This document shows, piece by piece, positions 31,735 through 42,669 of a stretch of 64,000 nt of DNA. Positions within the stretch are counted from its first letter, which is position 1, and each line of letters begins with the position of its first letter. The notes beneath the pieces are model-generated. The model ran no database searches and was not told where the DNA came from. It worked only from the letters and a program-made list of their open reading frames with translations. Source of the stretch: an uncultured Gemmatimonadales bacterium (GTDB lineage Bacteria; Gemmatimonadota; Gemmatimonadetes; Gemmatimonadales; Gemmatimonadaceae); the NCBI GenBank assembly GCA_963793305.1, contig CAWBZV010000005.1, positions 224,001 to 288,000 of the forward strand, given 5' to 3'. The position numbers were made by a program, and so were the translations under genes.

Positions 31735-33743
31735 CGCCGGTCACCGAGTCGCTCTACCTGATCATTCTCGGACTCGCCGCCGGGTTCTTCTTCTACAACG
31801 CCCAGCGACTCGTCGACTACCTGCGCGTCGGCCGACCCGAGGACCGTACCGATCACCCCCTGGTCCGCACGAGGAATCTCATCTCGATCGGCGTCCTCCA
31901 GTCGAAGATCCTGCGCGATCCGCTGGCCGGCGCGATGCACGCGATGGTCTTTTGGGGTTTCATGGTGCTCACCGTTGGCTCGGTCGAGATCCTGATCCAA
32001 GGCATCGCCCCGTCGTTTACGTATGCCGTCGTGCTCCCACCGCTCCTGTACTCGGGCTACGTCCTGTCGCAGGAAGTGTTTGCGCTGTTCGTGCTCGGCG
32101 CCGTCGCCTGGCTCTTCTATCGTCGCCTGGTCATCCGCCCGAAGCGTCTCCAGGGCGATAAGCTGGAGCAGTGGGACGCACTGCTGATCCTGTCGATGAT
32201 CGCGGCGCTCATGATCACGTTGTTCCTGCTGAACGCATTCGCAATTATTGCCGGCCAGGAATCGAGCACCCGCATGCTTTCGAGTGGACTGGCTCGCGTC
32301 CTGTCGAGTATACCGCCGGATGCGGCCGCCACTTCGCGCGACGTGATGTGGTGGTCGCACGTGCTGTTGATTCTGGCTTTTCTGAACTATCTGCCGTACT
32401 CGAAGCATCTCCACGTGATCACGTCGCTGCCGAATGTGTATTTGTCGAACACGAGCGGCCCGGGCACCGTCGGCGCGATGCGGCCCATGGATCTCGAGGC
32501 GGAGGGCGTCGAGCAGTTCGGCGCGGCGGACGTCAAGGATCTGCCCTGGAAGAACCTCCTCGATGGATACTCGTGCACGGAGTGCGGACGGTGCACGGCC
32601 GTGTGTCCGGCGAATCTCACCGGCAAGGTGCTGAGCCCGCGCAAGATCGTGATCAACGTGCGCGAGCGCCTGTTGGAATTTGGCGGGATGCCCACGGGGT
32701 TGGTACACGGCGAGGGCGAGCACGAGCCGGACGCGCGGTTGCTCGACGGCTACATCTCCGAAGAGGAGCTCTGGCAGTGTACGTCGTGCCGTGCCTGCGT
32801 CCAGGAGTGCCCTGTATCGATCGACCAGCTCGACACGATCATGGAGCTGCGGCGGAACCTCGTGCTCATGGAATCGCGGTTTCCGCCCGAGCTCCAACCC
32901 GCATTCCAGTCGCTGGAGCGCAACGGGACTCCGTGGGCGTTCAACGCCGCGGATCGCGGCGAGTGGGCCGAGGGGCTCTCCATTCCGACCATGGCCGATC
33001 TCTCTGCTCAGGGCCGCGAGCCCGAGGTGCTCTTCTGGGTCGGGTGCGCCGGGTCATTCGATGCCCGCGCGAAGAAGATCACCGTGGCCTTCGCCCGCAT
33101 CATGCAGGCCGCCGGCATCGACTTCGCCATCCTCGGCCAGGAAGAGAAGTGCAATGGTGACCCCGCGCGACGCATGGGCAACGAGTACCTGTACCAGATG
33201 CTCGCCAAGGAGAATATCGGCACCTTGAACGCGTATCGCGTCAAGACCGTGGTGACCATCTGCCCGCATTGCTTCCATCAGCTCGGCAACGAGTATCCGC
33301 AGCTGGGCGGCCACTACGAGGTCATTCACCACTCGCAGTACATCGAGCGCTTGCTGGCCGAGGGTCGCGTGCCGCTCGCCAATGGGAATGGCGACGAGCG
33401 CACGTTCACGTATCACGACAGCTGCTATCTCGGGCGCTACAACAACATCTACGACGCCCCGCGCCGCGTGCTGCCGGTCGTGAATCTCGTCGAGCCCGTC
33501 CGCAACAAGAGCCGTGGGTTATGCTGTGGCGCCGGTGGTGGGCGCATGTGGATGGAAGAGACCCAGGGGAAGCGCATCAACATCGAGCGCACGCAGGAGT
33601 TGCTGGCGACGGGCGCCGAGGCGATCGCGACGGCGTGCCCGTACTGCATGACGATGATCAGCGACGGGGTCAAGGCGAACGAGTCGGCCGTCCCTGTCTA
33701 CGACATCGCCGAGGTTGTCGCGAGCCGGCTCAGCGCGGTCTGA
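31731..33743 (+). CDS. Membrane Fe-S oxidoreductase (FadF/HdrD-like, CCG domains)
   Basis: N-terminal TM helices, [43 protein letters not shown]. Confidence 0.9.
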   Translation: MTPVTESLYLIILGLAAGFFFYNAQRLVDYLRVGRPEDRTDHPLVRTRNLISIGVLQSKILRDPLAGAMHAMVFWGFMVLTVGSVEILIQGIAPSFTYAVVLPPLLYSGYVLSQEVFALFVLGAVAWLFYRRLVIRPKRLQGDKLEQWDALLILSMIAALMITLFLLNAFAIIAGQESSTRMLSSGLARVLSSIPPDAAATSRDVMWWSHVLLILAFLNYLPYSKHLHVITSLPNVYLSNTSGPGTVGAMRPMDLEAEGVEQFGAADVKDLPWKNLLDGYSCTECGRCTAVCPANLTGKVLSPRKIVINVRERLLEFGGMPTGLVHGEGEHEPDARLLDGYISEEELWQCTSCRACVQECPVSIDQLDTIMELRRNLVLMESRFPPELQPAFQSLERNGTPWAFNAADRGEWAEGLSIPTMADLSAQGREPEVLFWVGCAGSFDARAKKITVAFARIMQAAGIDFAILGQEEKCNGDPARRMGNEYLYQMLAKENIGTLNAYRVKTVVTICPHCFHQLGNEYPQLGGHYEVIHHSQYIERLLAEGRVPLANGNGDERTFTYHDSCYLGRYNNIYDAPRRVLPVVNLVEPVRNKSRGLCCGAGGGRMWMEETQGKRINIERTQELLATGAEAIATACPYCMTMISDGVKANESAVPVYDIAEVVASRLSAV

Positions 33744-34320
33744 TCGCGCTCGAGCCCCTGGCCGGCGTACCCATACCGTAACTGACCGTGACGTGGAGCC
33801 GGTCGCCTTCGACCTTGGTCGTCACGCGCCGGCTGCAACCCGGGCACTTCTGCATGGTCGGCCCCGGCTCCGAGCGCTGACCGATCACGGTCCGGCAGAC
33901 AGGGCAGTGGATCGGCCCCGTGACGAGCGCCGCGGCCGGAATCGGTGGCGCTTCGGCCTGCGCGGGAGCAGCGGCGGCGCCACCAGCGCCCGCCGGAGGG
34001 CGCACGAGGCGTGGCCCAGTGCCGTCGCCGAGTCGCGCACTCATCGTCTCGAGAAAAAACTGCTGCTCGGCCGCGCTCATCCCGGCCAGGGCAGCGGTGG
34101 ACACGCCCTGCTCCTTGAGCTTGCGCGCCATGTTGTAGTTGTCGCGACTCATCGCCGCGGACTGCAGAGAGCTGCCCGAGCGGCCGCCGCCGGATCCTGC
34201 CGATGGCGATACCTGACCCTTGAGCTCCTTGCCGAACCGGACGATCGCGACGCTCGCCAGGAGCAATACGCCGCAGGCCACGGCGGCGAGCACGAATTGG
34301 ATCCAGGAGGTCGAATTCAC
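33730..34320 (-). CDS. Hypothetical membrane-anchored protein with C-terminal zinc ribbon
   Basis: N-terminal TM; CPVC...CPGC; coupled to moeA. Confidence 0.7.
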   Translation of the reverse strand: MNSTSWIQFVLAAVACGVLLLASVAIVRFGKELKGQVSPSAGSGGGRSGSSLQSAAMSRDNYNMARKLKEQGVSTAALAGMSAAEQQFFLETMSARLGDGTGPRLVRPPAGAGGAAAAPAQAEAPPIPAAALVTGPIHCPVCRTVIGQRSEPGPTMQKCPGCSRRVTTKVEGDRLHVTVSYGMGTPARGSSAIRPR

Positions 34321-35567
34321 AGGGCGAAATGCGTCGTCAGTGAGGCGTCGTCAGTCAGAGGCAACGCGTGCAAGTGTTCCCCGGGTTCCACCCGAGTGCG
34401 GTCTTCAGGGACGACGAGCAACGCGTTCGCGAGTGACATCAATGTGACGATCCCCGATCCTTGCGGTCCCGTTAGCCGCGCCGTGAGCGTCCCATCTGTA
34501 TGCGTTGTTACAATTATGCGCAAGAAGTGCGTGAGGCGTGCGTTGATCGTCACGGGCTCCTCCAGGATCACATCGACCGGGCGGCGAAACAACCGTACGT
34601 GGCCGAGCATACGGCGGATGGCTGGCCGGGCGAACAGTTCGTACGTCACCATCGTTGACACGGGGTTGCCCGGGAGGCCGAGCCACGGCGTCTTCCCGAG
34701 GAGCCCGAACCCGAGTGGTGCGCCGGGCCGCATGCGCACGCGCCAGAACTTCATCTCGGCGCCCATGTCGCGGAGCACGTCGCGCAGGTAATCGTGCTCG
34801 CCGACCGAGAGCCCGGCGGTTGTGAGAATCAGATCGCAGTCGGCGGCCGCGGCCAGTCGCTCTCGCAGCGATTCCCGTGTGTCGATCGCGACCCCGAGGT
34901 CTCTCGGCACTCCGAGCGCATCGGTCACCGCCGCCACGAGCGCGTAGGTGTTCGACGACACGATCTTGCGGCCGGCGAGCACCTGGTCGAATTGCTCGAC
35001 CGGAACCAACTCGTCGCCCGACCCGATGATCGCGACCCGCGGCTGTCGCACGACGTCGAGGTACGCCGCCCCGACCGAAGCGAGCACGCCGATCTGCGCC
35101 GGCCCGATCGGTTGTCCGGCGGCCAGCACCACCGCGCCTTCGCGAATGTCCTCGCCTCTCGGGCGCACATTGCGCGTGGCATCGCGGTCAGACCGGATCG
35201 CGACCCGCTCGGTTCCGCCATCGGTGTCCTCGATGCGCACGACCGTGTCGGCGCCGGCGGGCAGTGGTGCGCCGGTCATGATGCGCGTGGCTTCGCCGAC
35301 GCGCACCGTGGCACTCGGGAAGCCTCCAGCGGCAACGCTCTCGATGACGTTCAATACGACGGGCCGATCCGTGCTGGCTCGAGCGATATCAACCGACCGA
35401 ACCGCGTAGCCGTCCATCGCCGAGTTATCCCACGCGGGTAGCGTGACCGGGGAGCGAATCTCGGCGGCGAGGACGCAATGCAGCGCGTTGGCGAGCGGTA
35501 CCCGTTCCGCGGGTAACGCCGTGACATGTGCCAGAATCGCCTGCAATGCCTCGGCGACCGACAACAC
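34317..35567 (-). CDS. moeA: Molybdopterin molybdotransferase
   Basis: SAMDGYAV, RIMTGAP, GDEL, GLPGNPVS. Confidence 0.95.
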   Translation of the reverse strand: MLSVAEALQAILAHVTALPAERVPLANALHCVLAAEIRSPVTLPAWDNSAMDGYAVRSVDIARASTDRPVVLNVIESVAAGGFPSATVRVGEATRIMTGAPLPAGADTVVRIEDTDGGTERVAIRSDRDATRNVRPRGEDIREGAVVLAAGQPIGPAQIGVLASVGAAYLDVVRQPRVAIIGSGDELVPVEQFDQVLAGRKIVSSNTYALVAAVTDALGVPRDLGVAIDTRESLRERLAAAADCDLILTTAGLSVGEHDYLRDVLRDMGAEMKFWRVRMRPGAPLGFGLLGKTPWLGLPGNPVSTMVTYELFARPAIRRMLGHVRLFRRPVDVILEEPVTINARLTHFLRIIVTTHTDGTLTARLTGPQGSGIVTLMSLANALLVVPEDRTRVEPGEHLHALPLTDDASLTTHFAL

Positions 35568-35571
35568 GCGA

Positions 35572-37098
35572 CTATCGCCGATCGAGCGTCATCGCGGCGA
35601 GCCGCGCGGCGATCTCGTCTTGCACGCGCTCGACATCGCGGACCGATGTCGTCCAGTTGTTGCACAGGAAGCTGAACACGAGCGGCGTGCCATCCGCGGT
35701 CGTGACATACCCGGAGAGCGACCGGGCCTTGTCCACGAATCCGGTCTTGGCCCGCACATTGCCCGCGGCCATCGTGCCGCGCATGCGATCGGCGATCGTG
35801 CCGTCGACGCCGGCAATCGGCAGCCCGTCATAGAATACCTGAAACGCCGTATCGCGGCGCATCGCGGTCAGCACGCGGACGATGGTCTCCGGCGTGAGAT
35901 AATCGTGTCTCGACAACCCCGACCCATCGTGCAACACAAATCCATCGGGCGCCGCGCCCCAGCTGATGAGCAGGTCGCGCACGATGCGCACGCCGCTATC
36001 CGCGGATCCCACACCCGTCTTCTCGAGGCCGATCGTCTTGAGCAGCCCCTCGGCGATCTGATTCTGCGACGGTTTCAGTAACGCCGGTTCGATGTCCCTC
36101 AACGGCGGCGATAGCATGGTGAAGAGGGTATCGAGCGTCCCCACGGAATCCGTACTCGGGTCGACAGCGTTCGCGCGCAGCGCGACGCCTTGTGCCGACA
36201 GCGCCGATGCGAACGCGTGCAAGTACGCCGCGGCGGGATCCCGATAGGCCACGAGCGCGAGCGTGCTATCGCGCGGCGCGACGGTACCGTTGACCACGAG
36301 CTCGCCACTGGCCGTGTCATACACCACCGTGACGGGTTGCGCCGGTGCGTCGCCGGTCGGCGCCGCCGTACGCACATGGTTTCGCAGGCTGGGAAAGGTG
36401 ACCGCAGGTGCCGTCGCCACGGTCGCCGGTGCGCCGGGCTTCGCGCCGCCACGCACGACGACCGACGTGAACCCCTCATTGAACATGAGCTCATCGACGC
36501 CGGCCGCGTACGGCTCGTTCAAGTCGTCCCACGCCCACCCGTACCCCCAGTTCGCATCGGGAAACGCGTCGCCGCCCCGCACGACATGTCCCGTGATGCG
36601 ATGGATCCCATGCGCCGCGACCGAGTCCGCCGCGGCGCGCAGCGGGATCATGGCGTCGTGCAACATGTGATCGCTGACGGTCGGATCGCCGCGACCGATC
36701 ACGACCAGATCTCCGTGGAGCACGCCCCGCACGATCTTTCCCCGCGCCGCGTACGTCGTTCGGTACTGGTAATCGGGGCCGAGCTCGACGAGCGCGGCCG
36801 ATCCCGTGACGATCTTCATGTTTGACGCTGGCAAGAAGAGCTTGCCGGCGTTCAGCGAATACAGCGTGTCGTTCGCGTCGGGGTTGACGATGAGAATGCC
36901 CCAGATCGCGCTTCGAAACCGCGAATTTTCAACCATCGAGTCGATGGCGGTTTTCAGCTCGGCGACTGCCGACGGCGCTGGCGGCGGCGAGATCATCGCG
37001 GCAGGGGTGGGCTCAGGAGAAGGCGCAGGGCGGGTCGTGCCGCCGCATCCAATCGCTGCCGTCGCCGCCAGGACCACGGCAGCCACTCGTGGGCTCAT
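35572..37098 (-). CDS. dacB: D-Ala-D-Ala carboxypeptidase/endopeptidase (PBP4, S13), lipoprotein
   Basis: Lipobox AIGC; PASNMK, SQN, DGSGLSR, AKTG. Confidence 0.93.
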   Translation of the reverse strand: MSPRVAAVVLAATAAIGCGGTTRPAPSPEPTPAAMISPPPAPSAVAELKTAIDSMVENSRFRSAIWGILIVNPDANDTLYSLNAGKLFLPASNMKIVTGSAALVELGPDYQYRTTYAARGKIVRGVLHGDLVVIGRGDPTVSDHMLHDAMIPLRAAADSVAAHGIHRITGHVVRGGDAFPDANWGYGWAWDDLNEPYAAGVDELMFNEGFTSVVVRGGAKPGAPATVATAPAVTFPSLRNHVRTAAPTGDAPAQPVTVVYDTASGELVVNGTVAPRDSTLALVAYRDPAAAYLHAFASALSAQGVALRANAVDPSTDSVGTLDTLFTMLSPPLRDIEPALLKPSQNQIAEGLLKTIGLEKTGVGSADSGVRIVRDLLISWGAAPDGFVLHDGSGLSRHDYLTPETIVRVLTAMRRDTAFQVFYDGLPIAGVDGTIADRMRGTMAAGNVRAKTGFVDKARSLSGYVTTADGTPLVFSFLCNNWTTSVRDVERVQDEIAARLAAMTLDRR

Positions 37099-37700
37099 CC
37101 CGTAATCTGTCCAGTCGCCAACCCCTCGGCCAGCGCCAAGTCGCTCGGCGTATTGACGTTCATAAACGTTTTGTCCGGGTCTGCCGGCGGAGGGAGCCGA
37201 ACCACGCGCACGCTCTCGAAGAACCCGACCACGCGCAGATCGCCGCCGTCCATGTGCCGTTCGATCGGCGCGATGCACGTCGGCCGGTAGAACGCGCACA
37301 GCGGCTCGACACCACGCGTCGACCGGCTCTCGAACACGACCACATCAGCGTCCGCCCCGGTCTTGCGAAGCGCGTCCAAAACGCTTGGCTCGACGAAAGG
37401 CATGTCCCACGCGACAACCAGAACGGCCTGACCCTTCGCGTGCACGAGCGCCGAGTAGATGCCGCCCAGACTTCCGAACCCCGGGCGCACGTCGCCAACG
37501 GTCCGTATCCCTGGTAACCACGTGCTGGCCTCTGGCTGATTCGCGACCAGGAGCAGCTCATCGGCGACCGCGCGCAGCGCGGCGGCGACCCGATCAATGA
37601 TACGTGCACCACCAACGAGCTCCAACCCTTTGGGTTGGCCGCCGAAGCGTGTCGCTTGCCCGCCGGCGAGGATGACGCCGGTAAGGCGCTCAGCCGCCAC
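37095..37700 (-). CDS. mobA: Molybdenum cofactor guanylyltransferase
   Basis: GVILAGG..RFGG.PKG, GSLGGI, WDMPF, EPLCA.Y, NVNTP. Confidence 0.92.
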   Translation of the reverse strand: MAAERLTGVILAGGQATRFGGQPKGLELVGGARIIDRVAAALRAVADELLLVANQPEASTWLPGIRTVGDVRPGFGSLGGIYSALVHAKGQAVLVVAWDMPFVEPSVLDALRKTGADADVVVFESRSTRGVEPLCAFYRPTCIAPIERHMDGGDLRVVGFFESVRVVRLPPPADPDKTFMNVNTPSDLALAEGLATGQITG

Positions 37701-38116
37701 CGTTATACGTGGCCCACAGCGTCTCGTCCTCGGCGAGTCGGACCGAGACCACCGTCCCGCGATCGCCGAGGCTTTCTTCGATCCGCTCGAAGATGAACCG
37801 CGCCAGGTTCTCGCCGCTCGGCACCAATCGCCCTTCCTCGAACTCGGGCACGTCACGATTGATGTTGCGCTTGTCGAAGCGCACGATCACGAACGTCCCG
37901 GATCACATCGTCGAGCGCCTCGAGGTCGACGACGAACCCGGTCGTGTGATCGATCTCCCCGCCGACCGTGACGTCGCAGAGATAGTGGTGCTCGTGAAAG
38001 TCTTTCCCGGCGCAGGCGCCGAACACGAGGCGATTGTGCTCCTCGTCCCACTGCGGCAATCGGTACCAATGCTGCGCGGTAAAGGCGACGCGTCGAGTCA
38101 GCAGCGCGCGCGACAT
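37690..38116 (-). CDS. queD: 6-carboxytetrahydropterin / PTPS family synthase, frameshift near 37892
   Basis: RRVAFTAQH, GAC..FHEHHY, TGFVVDL, then PSGENLA in the next frame. Confidence 0.8.
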
Positions 38117-38802
38117 TAGCGGAACGCGGTGAGCGAGAGCCCCACCGTCGGAGCGAGATTCTGTCGCCACGCCGTCAAGGCGGCGTTCGCCGGGACGACC
38201 GGCGGGCCGGCCGTTGTTCCGCGGAAGCTGCCGGGGTAGCGGGTGGCGTAAAAATAGTCCGTCACGTCGAACCGCATCTGGATCGGACCGCCCGGTACCC
38301 ATCGAATGCCGGCGCCGGCGGACATCTCGAACTGCGTGCCGAACCGGAACAGAGCGGAGTCGCGCGCGGCGCCGAGATCACTCGCCACACCAACGTCCAC
38401 GTTGATCACGGGGATGAGGCCGTGCCAGGTGCGCTCGCCCACGAGGTTGAGCGCCATGCCAACGTCGACCAGGTTGAGCTGCGTCGGCTTGGTCCCGTGA
38501 TCGCGGATCGTGGGCGGCTCCGTCGGGAATGTGACATCGTGGTCGGTGAACACGTGCGCCCACCGCGCCTCGAAGTACGCGGGCCCGCCGATGTGAATGT
38601 CCCAGCGTATGCCGGCGAGCGGCCCGCTGTGCGGATTGACGTGACCGCGGGTGTACGGCGCGAGGAGATACCCGCCGAAGAACGAGAGATTGCGCGGATC
38701 CTCAATGTCCTGGTAGGGACTCGATTCCGGCGCGTGGCCGACGATCTGCGCCGCCGCACTGTGGGCGAGCAGCAGGGAGAGGACGAGAGCAGTTGGCTTC
38801 AT
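38116..38802 (-). CDS. Exported protein, probable small outer-membrane beta-barrel
   Basis: Signal peptide; amphipathic beta strands (GAGIRW, MRFDVTDY). Confidence 0.7.
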   Translation of the reverse strand: MKPTALVLSLLLAHSAAAQIVGHAPESSPYQDIEDPRNLSFFGGYLLAPYTRGHVNPHSGPLAGIRWDIHIGGPAYFEARWAHVFTDHDVTFPTEPPTIRDHGTKPTQLNLVDVGMALNLVGERTWHGLIPVINVDVGVASDLGAARDSALFRFGTQFEMSAGAGIRWVPGGPIQMRFDVTDYFYATRYPGSFRGTTAGPPVVPANAALTAWRQNLAPTVGLSLTAFR

Positions 38803-40388
38803 GGGTCCCGCAAATCTACCCCGGTCATCTCGGAAGGTGGCCTGATTCCGAGCATTCCCAGGATCGTCGGTCCCACATCTTCGAGGGCACCGCCCTCGCG
38901 CAGCGGGCGCTCTCCCCCCACATGGATAAAGGGGACCGGATTGGTCGTATGCGCCGTATGCGGACCCCCGGTCTCGGGGTCGATCATGAGCTCACAATTC
39001 CCATGGTCGGCGGTCACGAGCACCTCGGTCTTCGATCGCCCGGCCGCCGCGAGCACACGCCCCAAACACTGATCGACCGTCTCGACCGCCTGGATCGTCG
39101 CGGGCAACGACCCGGTATGCCCGACCATGTCGCCATTCGCGTAGTTACAGAGAATGAACTCGTGCTGCCGTTTCTCGATGGCCGTGCACAGCACATCGGT
39201 CACTCCGGGCGCGCTCATCTCCGGCATGAGGTCATAGGTCGCCACTTTCTGACTCGGCACCAGGAGTCGCTCCTCACCCGCGTACGGGGTCTCCTCGCCG
39301 CCATTGAAGAAGTAGGTCACGTGCGGATACTTCTCGGTCTCCGCGGTCCGAAATTGCGCTTTGCCGTTCGCGCTCAGGACCTCGGCCACGATCCGTGCCA
39401 TCGACTGCGGCGGAAACGCCACCGAGAGCGCGAACTGCTGCGCGTAGGACGTCATCGTCACCACACGCAGCTCTGGGCGCGCGGAGACGTCGAAGCCTTT
39501 GAACGCGGGTTCGGTCATCGCGCGCACGATCTGGCGCATGCGATCCGAGCGAAAATTGAAGCAGATCACGGCGTCGCCGTCTTTCATGGGCGCGCCGGGG
39601 AACCCCGGCGCCCGTAAGGGCGACGGGCTGTTGGAGCAGGCGACGCCAGTTGCCTGCTCCGAAATCACCGTCGGGAGAATAAATTCGTCCGTCTGGCCGT
39701 TCTCATATGCCGCGCGGATCACGGACAGCGGGTCCGTGCCACTCGGCCCCACGCCGTCGACCATGGCCCGGTACGCGAGCTCGGTCCGCTGCCAGCGGCG
39801 ATCGCGATCCATGCCGTAATACCGCCCGCCGACGCTCCCGATGACCGTCGGCACGCCGGCCCGCGCCACACGCGCGGTCAGGTTCTGCATGTAGCCGAGC
39901 GCGGATTTTGGCAGCGTGTCCCGTCCGTCGAGCATCGCGTGGATGGCCACGCGCGGCACATGCTGGCGATCGGTCAGGTCCAGCAGCGCGTACAGGTGCC
40001 GGTCGGCGGCATGCACGCCACCCTCGCCAAGAAGGCCAACCAGGTGCAGGGTCCCGCCAGTTCGGCGCACCGCATGGCACGCCGCCAGAAACGTCCCGTT
40101 GCACTGAAATGACCGGTCGGCGATGGCCGTGTCGATGCGGACAAGGTCCTGCATCACGACTCGGCCCGCGCCCAGGTTGAGATGGCCGACCTCGCTGTTG
40201 CCCATCTGTCCAGCCGGCAGTCCGACTCGTAGTCCGGACGCCTCCAGCAAGGTGCGTGACGGACGGCGCCACAACGCGTCCCAGGTCGGCGTCGTCGCTA
40301 ACGCAATTGCGTTTCCTTCTCGCTCGGCTCGATATCCCCAGCCGTCGAGAACGACGAGGACTACCGGTGCAAGGACGGATCCAGCCAT
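38799..40388 (-). CDS. gpmI: 2,3-bisphosphoglycerate-independent phosphoglycerate mutase
   Basis: VLDGWG, GQMGNSEVGH, DGRD, MDRD, AETEKYPHVT, DMVGHTG, TADHGN. Confidence 0.97.
   Translation of the reverse strand: MAGSVLAPVVLVVLDGWGYRAEREGNAIALATTPTWDALWRRPSRTLLEASGLRVGLPAGQMGNSEVGHLNLGAGRVVMQDLVRIDTAIADRSFQCNGTFLAACHAVRRTGGTLHLVGLLGEGGVHAADRHLYALLDLTDRQHVPRVAIHAMLDGRDTLPKSALGYMQNLTARVARAGVPTVIGSVGGRYYGMDRDRRWQRTELAYRAMVDGVGPSGTDPLSVIRAAYENGQTDEFILPTVISEQATGVACSNSPSPLRAPGFPGAPMKDGDAVICFNFRSDRMRQIVRAMTEPAFKGFDVSARPELRVVTMTSYAQQFALSVAFPPQSMARIVAEVLSANGKAQFRTAETEKYPHVTYFFNGGEETPYAGEERLLVPSQKVATYDLMPEMSAPGVTDVLCTAIEKRQHEFILCNYANGDMVGHTGSLPATIQAVETVDQCLGRVLAAAGRSKTEVLVTADHGNCELMIDPETGGPHTAHTTNPVPFIHVGGERPLREGGALEDVGPTILGMLGIRPPSEMTGVDLRDP
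39596..39650 (-). repeat. ~55-bp dispersed element, copy B, in frame inside gpmI
   Basis: Minus strand ACTGGCGTCGCCTGCTCCAACAGCCCGTCGCCCTTACGGGCGCCGGGGTTCCCCG, encoding TGVACSNSPSPLRAPGFP. Confidence 0.8.
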
Positions 40389-40416
40389 CTTGAGCGCAAA
40401 TGTACAGCGGGGCTCC

Positions 40417-41061
40417 GTGACGTTCACGCCGGTTCTGTGGCGAGCGCTGATAGCGCTTGGCATTGCTGCTGCGACGGTGCAGGCTCAATCCGCCACGAAG
40501 AAGAGCGCAAAGGTCGCGTCCTCACAGAAGCCAAAACCGCCGGAGCCCGACTCACAGCCGCTCGTCGCCGGGGCAGGCAATGTCGTGTTGAGAGCGGAGC
40601 CGGAGGGCCATGCGCTTGCGACGCTGGGGTCAGGCACGCCGTTGACGGCGATCGCGCGAGACCGCGGCTGGGTTCGCGTCCGCGTAGAGGGGTGGGTTCG
40701 CGAGGACTCGGTACAGATCTCCAACGGGTCAACGGGATCACTCAGCGCCGCTGACCTACGGGTCGATCCGAAGGGCGCCAAGGGCAAGACGGTGCGCTGG
40801 GATGTCCAGGTGCTCGCCCTCGAGACCGCGGACTTCTTGCACCGCGACCTATCGCCCGACGAGCCGTATCTGCTGGCGAGAGGCCCGGGTTCCGAGAATA
40901 CGTTGCTGTATGTCGCGGTGCCGCCCTCCATGCTCGCCGCCGCCAAAACGCTAGCCGCCGCCGCCCCCGTGAGCGCCACGTTGGTGGCGACCGTCCGTGT
41001 CGGCCGGAGTGAACCGGTCGGCGTCCCGGTACTCGACGCCCAAAGCATCTCCCGTCGTTGA
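40417..41061 (+). CDS. Exported protein with SH3-like domain
   Basis: Signal peptide; LRAEPEG..LATL..G..RGWVRVRVEGWV. Confidence 0.7.
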   Translation: MTFTPVLWRALIALGIAAATVQAQSATKKSAKVASSQKPKPPEPDSQPLVAGAGNVVLRAEPEGHALATLGSGTPLTAIARDRGWVRVRVEGWVREDSVQISNGSTGSLSAADLRVDPKGAKGKTVRWDVQVLALETADFLHRDLSPDEPYLLARGPGSENTLLYVAVPPSMLAAAKTLAAAAPVSATLVATVRVGRSEPVGVPVLDAQSISRR

Positions 41062-41769
41062 CAGAACAGCAGCCACAGCGGGAACGCCGGGATCCACGCC
41101 GCGCCGAGTTCCGGTTGGCGTACCCGGGCCTGCTCGTGAGCCTCTGGCTCGCGCTCGTCGTGCTCGTCGCGCTCAATGTCTACTTGATGTCCCAGCGCGA
41201 GAACTACGCCCGGGAGATCAGTCGATTGCGCGCGGGAATGACCGCGGTCGAGCGCCGCTCGGCCGACCTCGCGGTCGCGGCGAACGTCAATCATCTCCGC
41301 GTAATGGTCGCGCTGCTTCGCCGCCAGGCCCAGGGCGACCGCGTGCTGCATCTCTCGATCGAAGTCGACAGTGGCGTCATGACGCTCGAGCAAGAGGGCA
41401 ATGTGCTGCGCGAGATGCCGGTGGTCGTGGCGCCGACGCGTCGGGTCGGCGTGCCGCCCGACACCATCATGCTGCCGGCCCCGCAGGGGACTCGCCACGT
41501 CGAGCGATTGCTGACACCCGATAGCACGTGGACGGTGCCGAGAATGGGTGTACGTCGACCGGCATCTCCCGGCAGACGCCACGCCGGTGCAGGGAGGTCT
41601 GGGGTTCGGGATCGTGCTCGACGGCGGCACAGTGATCTACAGCGACCCGCACGCGGGGCCACTCGCGGACACGGCCTACGTGATGCCGGGGAGCGTCCGC
41701 GCGCGCGAGGCGGACGTCAAGGCGATCCAAGCGAATCTCAAGCCGGGCACGAGCGTCTACTTTTACTGA
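41058..41769 (+). CDS. Membrane-anchored YkuD-fold protein lacking catalytic residues, frameshift near 41541
   Basis: TM and coiled coil, LSIEVD..APQGTR, WTVP/WVY, IYS...MPGSVR, GTSVYFY; collinear with the next gene. Confidence 0.7.
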
Positions 41770-41770
41770 T

Positions 41771-42616
41771 ATGCGCGAACTGCGCTCGGGACTCCGCGTC
41801 ATTTGGGTGCTCGCGCTCTGCGTGGTGGCGGCACTCGGCGCCAGCGCGTGGCTGTTGAACAACGTGCTGCGCGAGAGATTCCGCCGCGACATCACGCGGA
41901 TGGCGTTCAACCACAACCTCGACCTGCTCGAGGACGTGCGCCGCAGCGTCGGCGCCTCGCGCGATACGCTGGCGGCGTCCCAACATGACGTGCCCGATAC
42001 GCCGGATGACAAGCCGTACATCGTGGTCAGCATCGAAGACCACCGGCTCTGGTACAAGCGGGGCGATGAGGTCCTGTTCACCGCGCGCGTCGCGACCGGG
42101 AGCGGCAAGGAGTTGGTCAACGAGGGTGGCATACACTGGAAGTTCGAGACGCCGCGCGGACGGCTCGTCGTCCTGAGCAAGGAGATGGATCCCGTGTGGG
42201 TGCCCCCCGATTGGCACTACATGGAGCTCGCCAAGAAGAAGAAACTCGGCACGATCAAGCTGCAGCGCGGGCAGTCGATCCTCATGCAGGGAGGCGGCAA
42301 GATCGTCGTCTCCGGCAACAACGTCGTCACCCAGTATCCCGACGGGCACATCGAGCCCTTCGAGGTGAAAGAAGGCCACGAGATCGTGGCGAACGGCAAC
42401 CTCATCATTCCGCCGTTCGGCACCAATCAACGCAAGTACATCGGAACGCTCGGCGTTGAGCGGCTGTATCTAGGAGATGGATACGGCATCCATGGGACCA
42501 ATGAGCCCATGAGTATCGGCCAGTCCGCGAGTCACGGATGCGTCCGCCTCAGGAACGAGGATATCGAGACGCTATTCCGGGTGGTTCCGATAGGAACTGT
42601 TGTTTATATCTACTGA
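41771..42616 (+). CDS. L,D-transpeptidase (YkuD family)
   Basis: VATGSG, FETPRG, GIHGTN...[16 protein letters not shown]. Confidence 0.93.
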   Translation: MRELRSGLRVIWVLALCVVAALGASAWLLNNVLRERFRRDITRMAFNHNLDLLEDVRRSVGASRDTLAASQHDVPDTPDDKPYIVVSIEDHRLWYKRGDEVLFTARVATGSGKELVNEGGIHWKFETPRGRLVVLSKEMDPVWVPPDWHYMELAKKKKLGTIKLQRGQSILMQGGGKIVVSGNNVVTQYPDGHIEPFEVKEGHEIVANGNLIIPPFGTNQRKYIGTLGVERLYLGDGYGIHGTNEPMSIGQSASHGCVRLRNEDIETLFRVVPIGTVVYIY

Positions 42617-42669
42617 TTCGCGCTGGTCGTCTATAAGTTGCCTAGCTTTGCCTCAAGGGGGCTCACACG

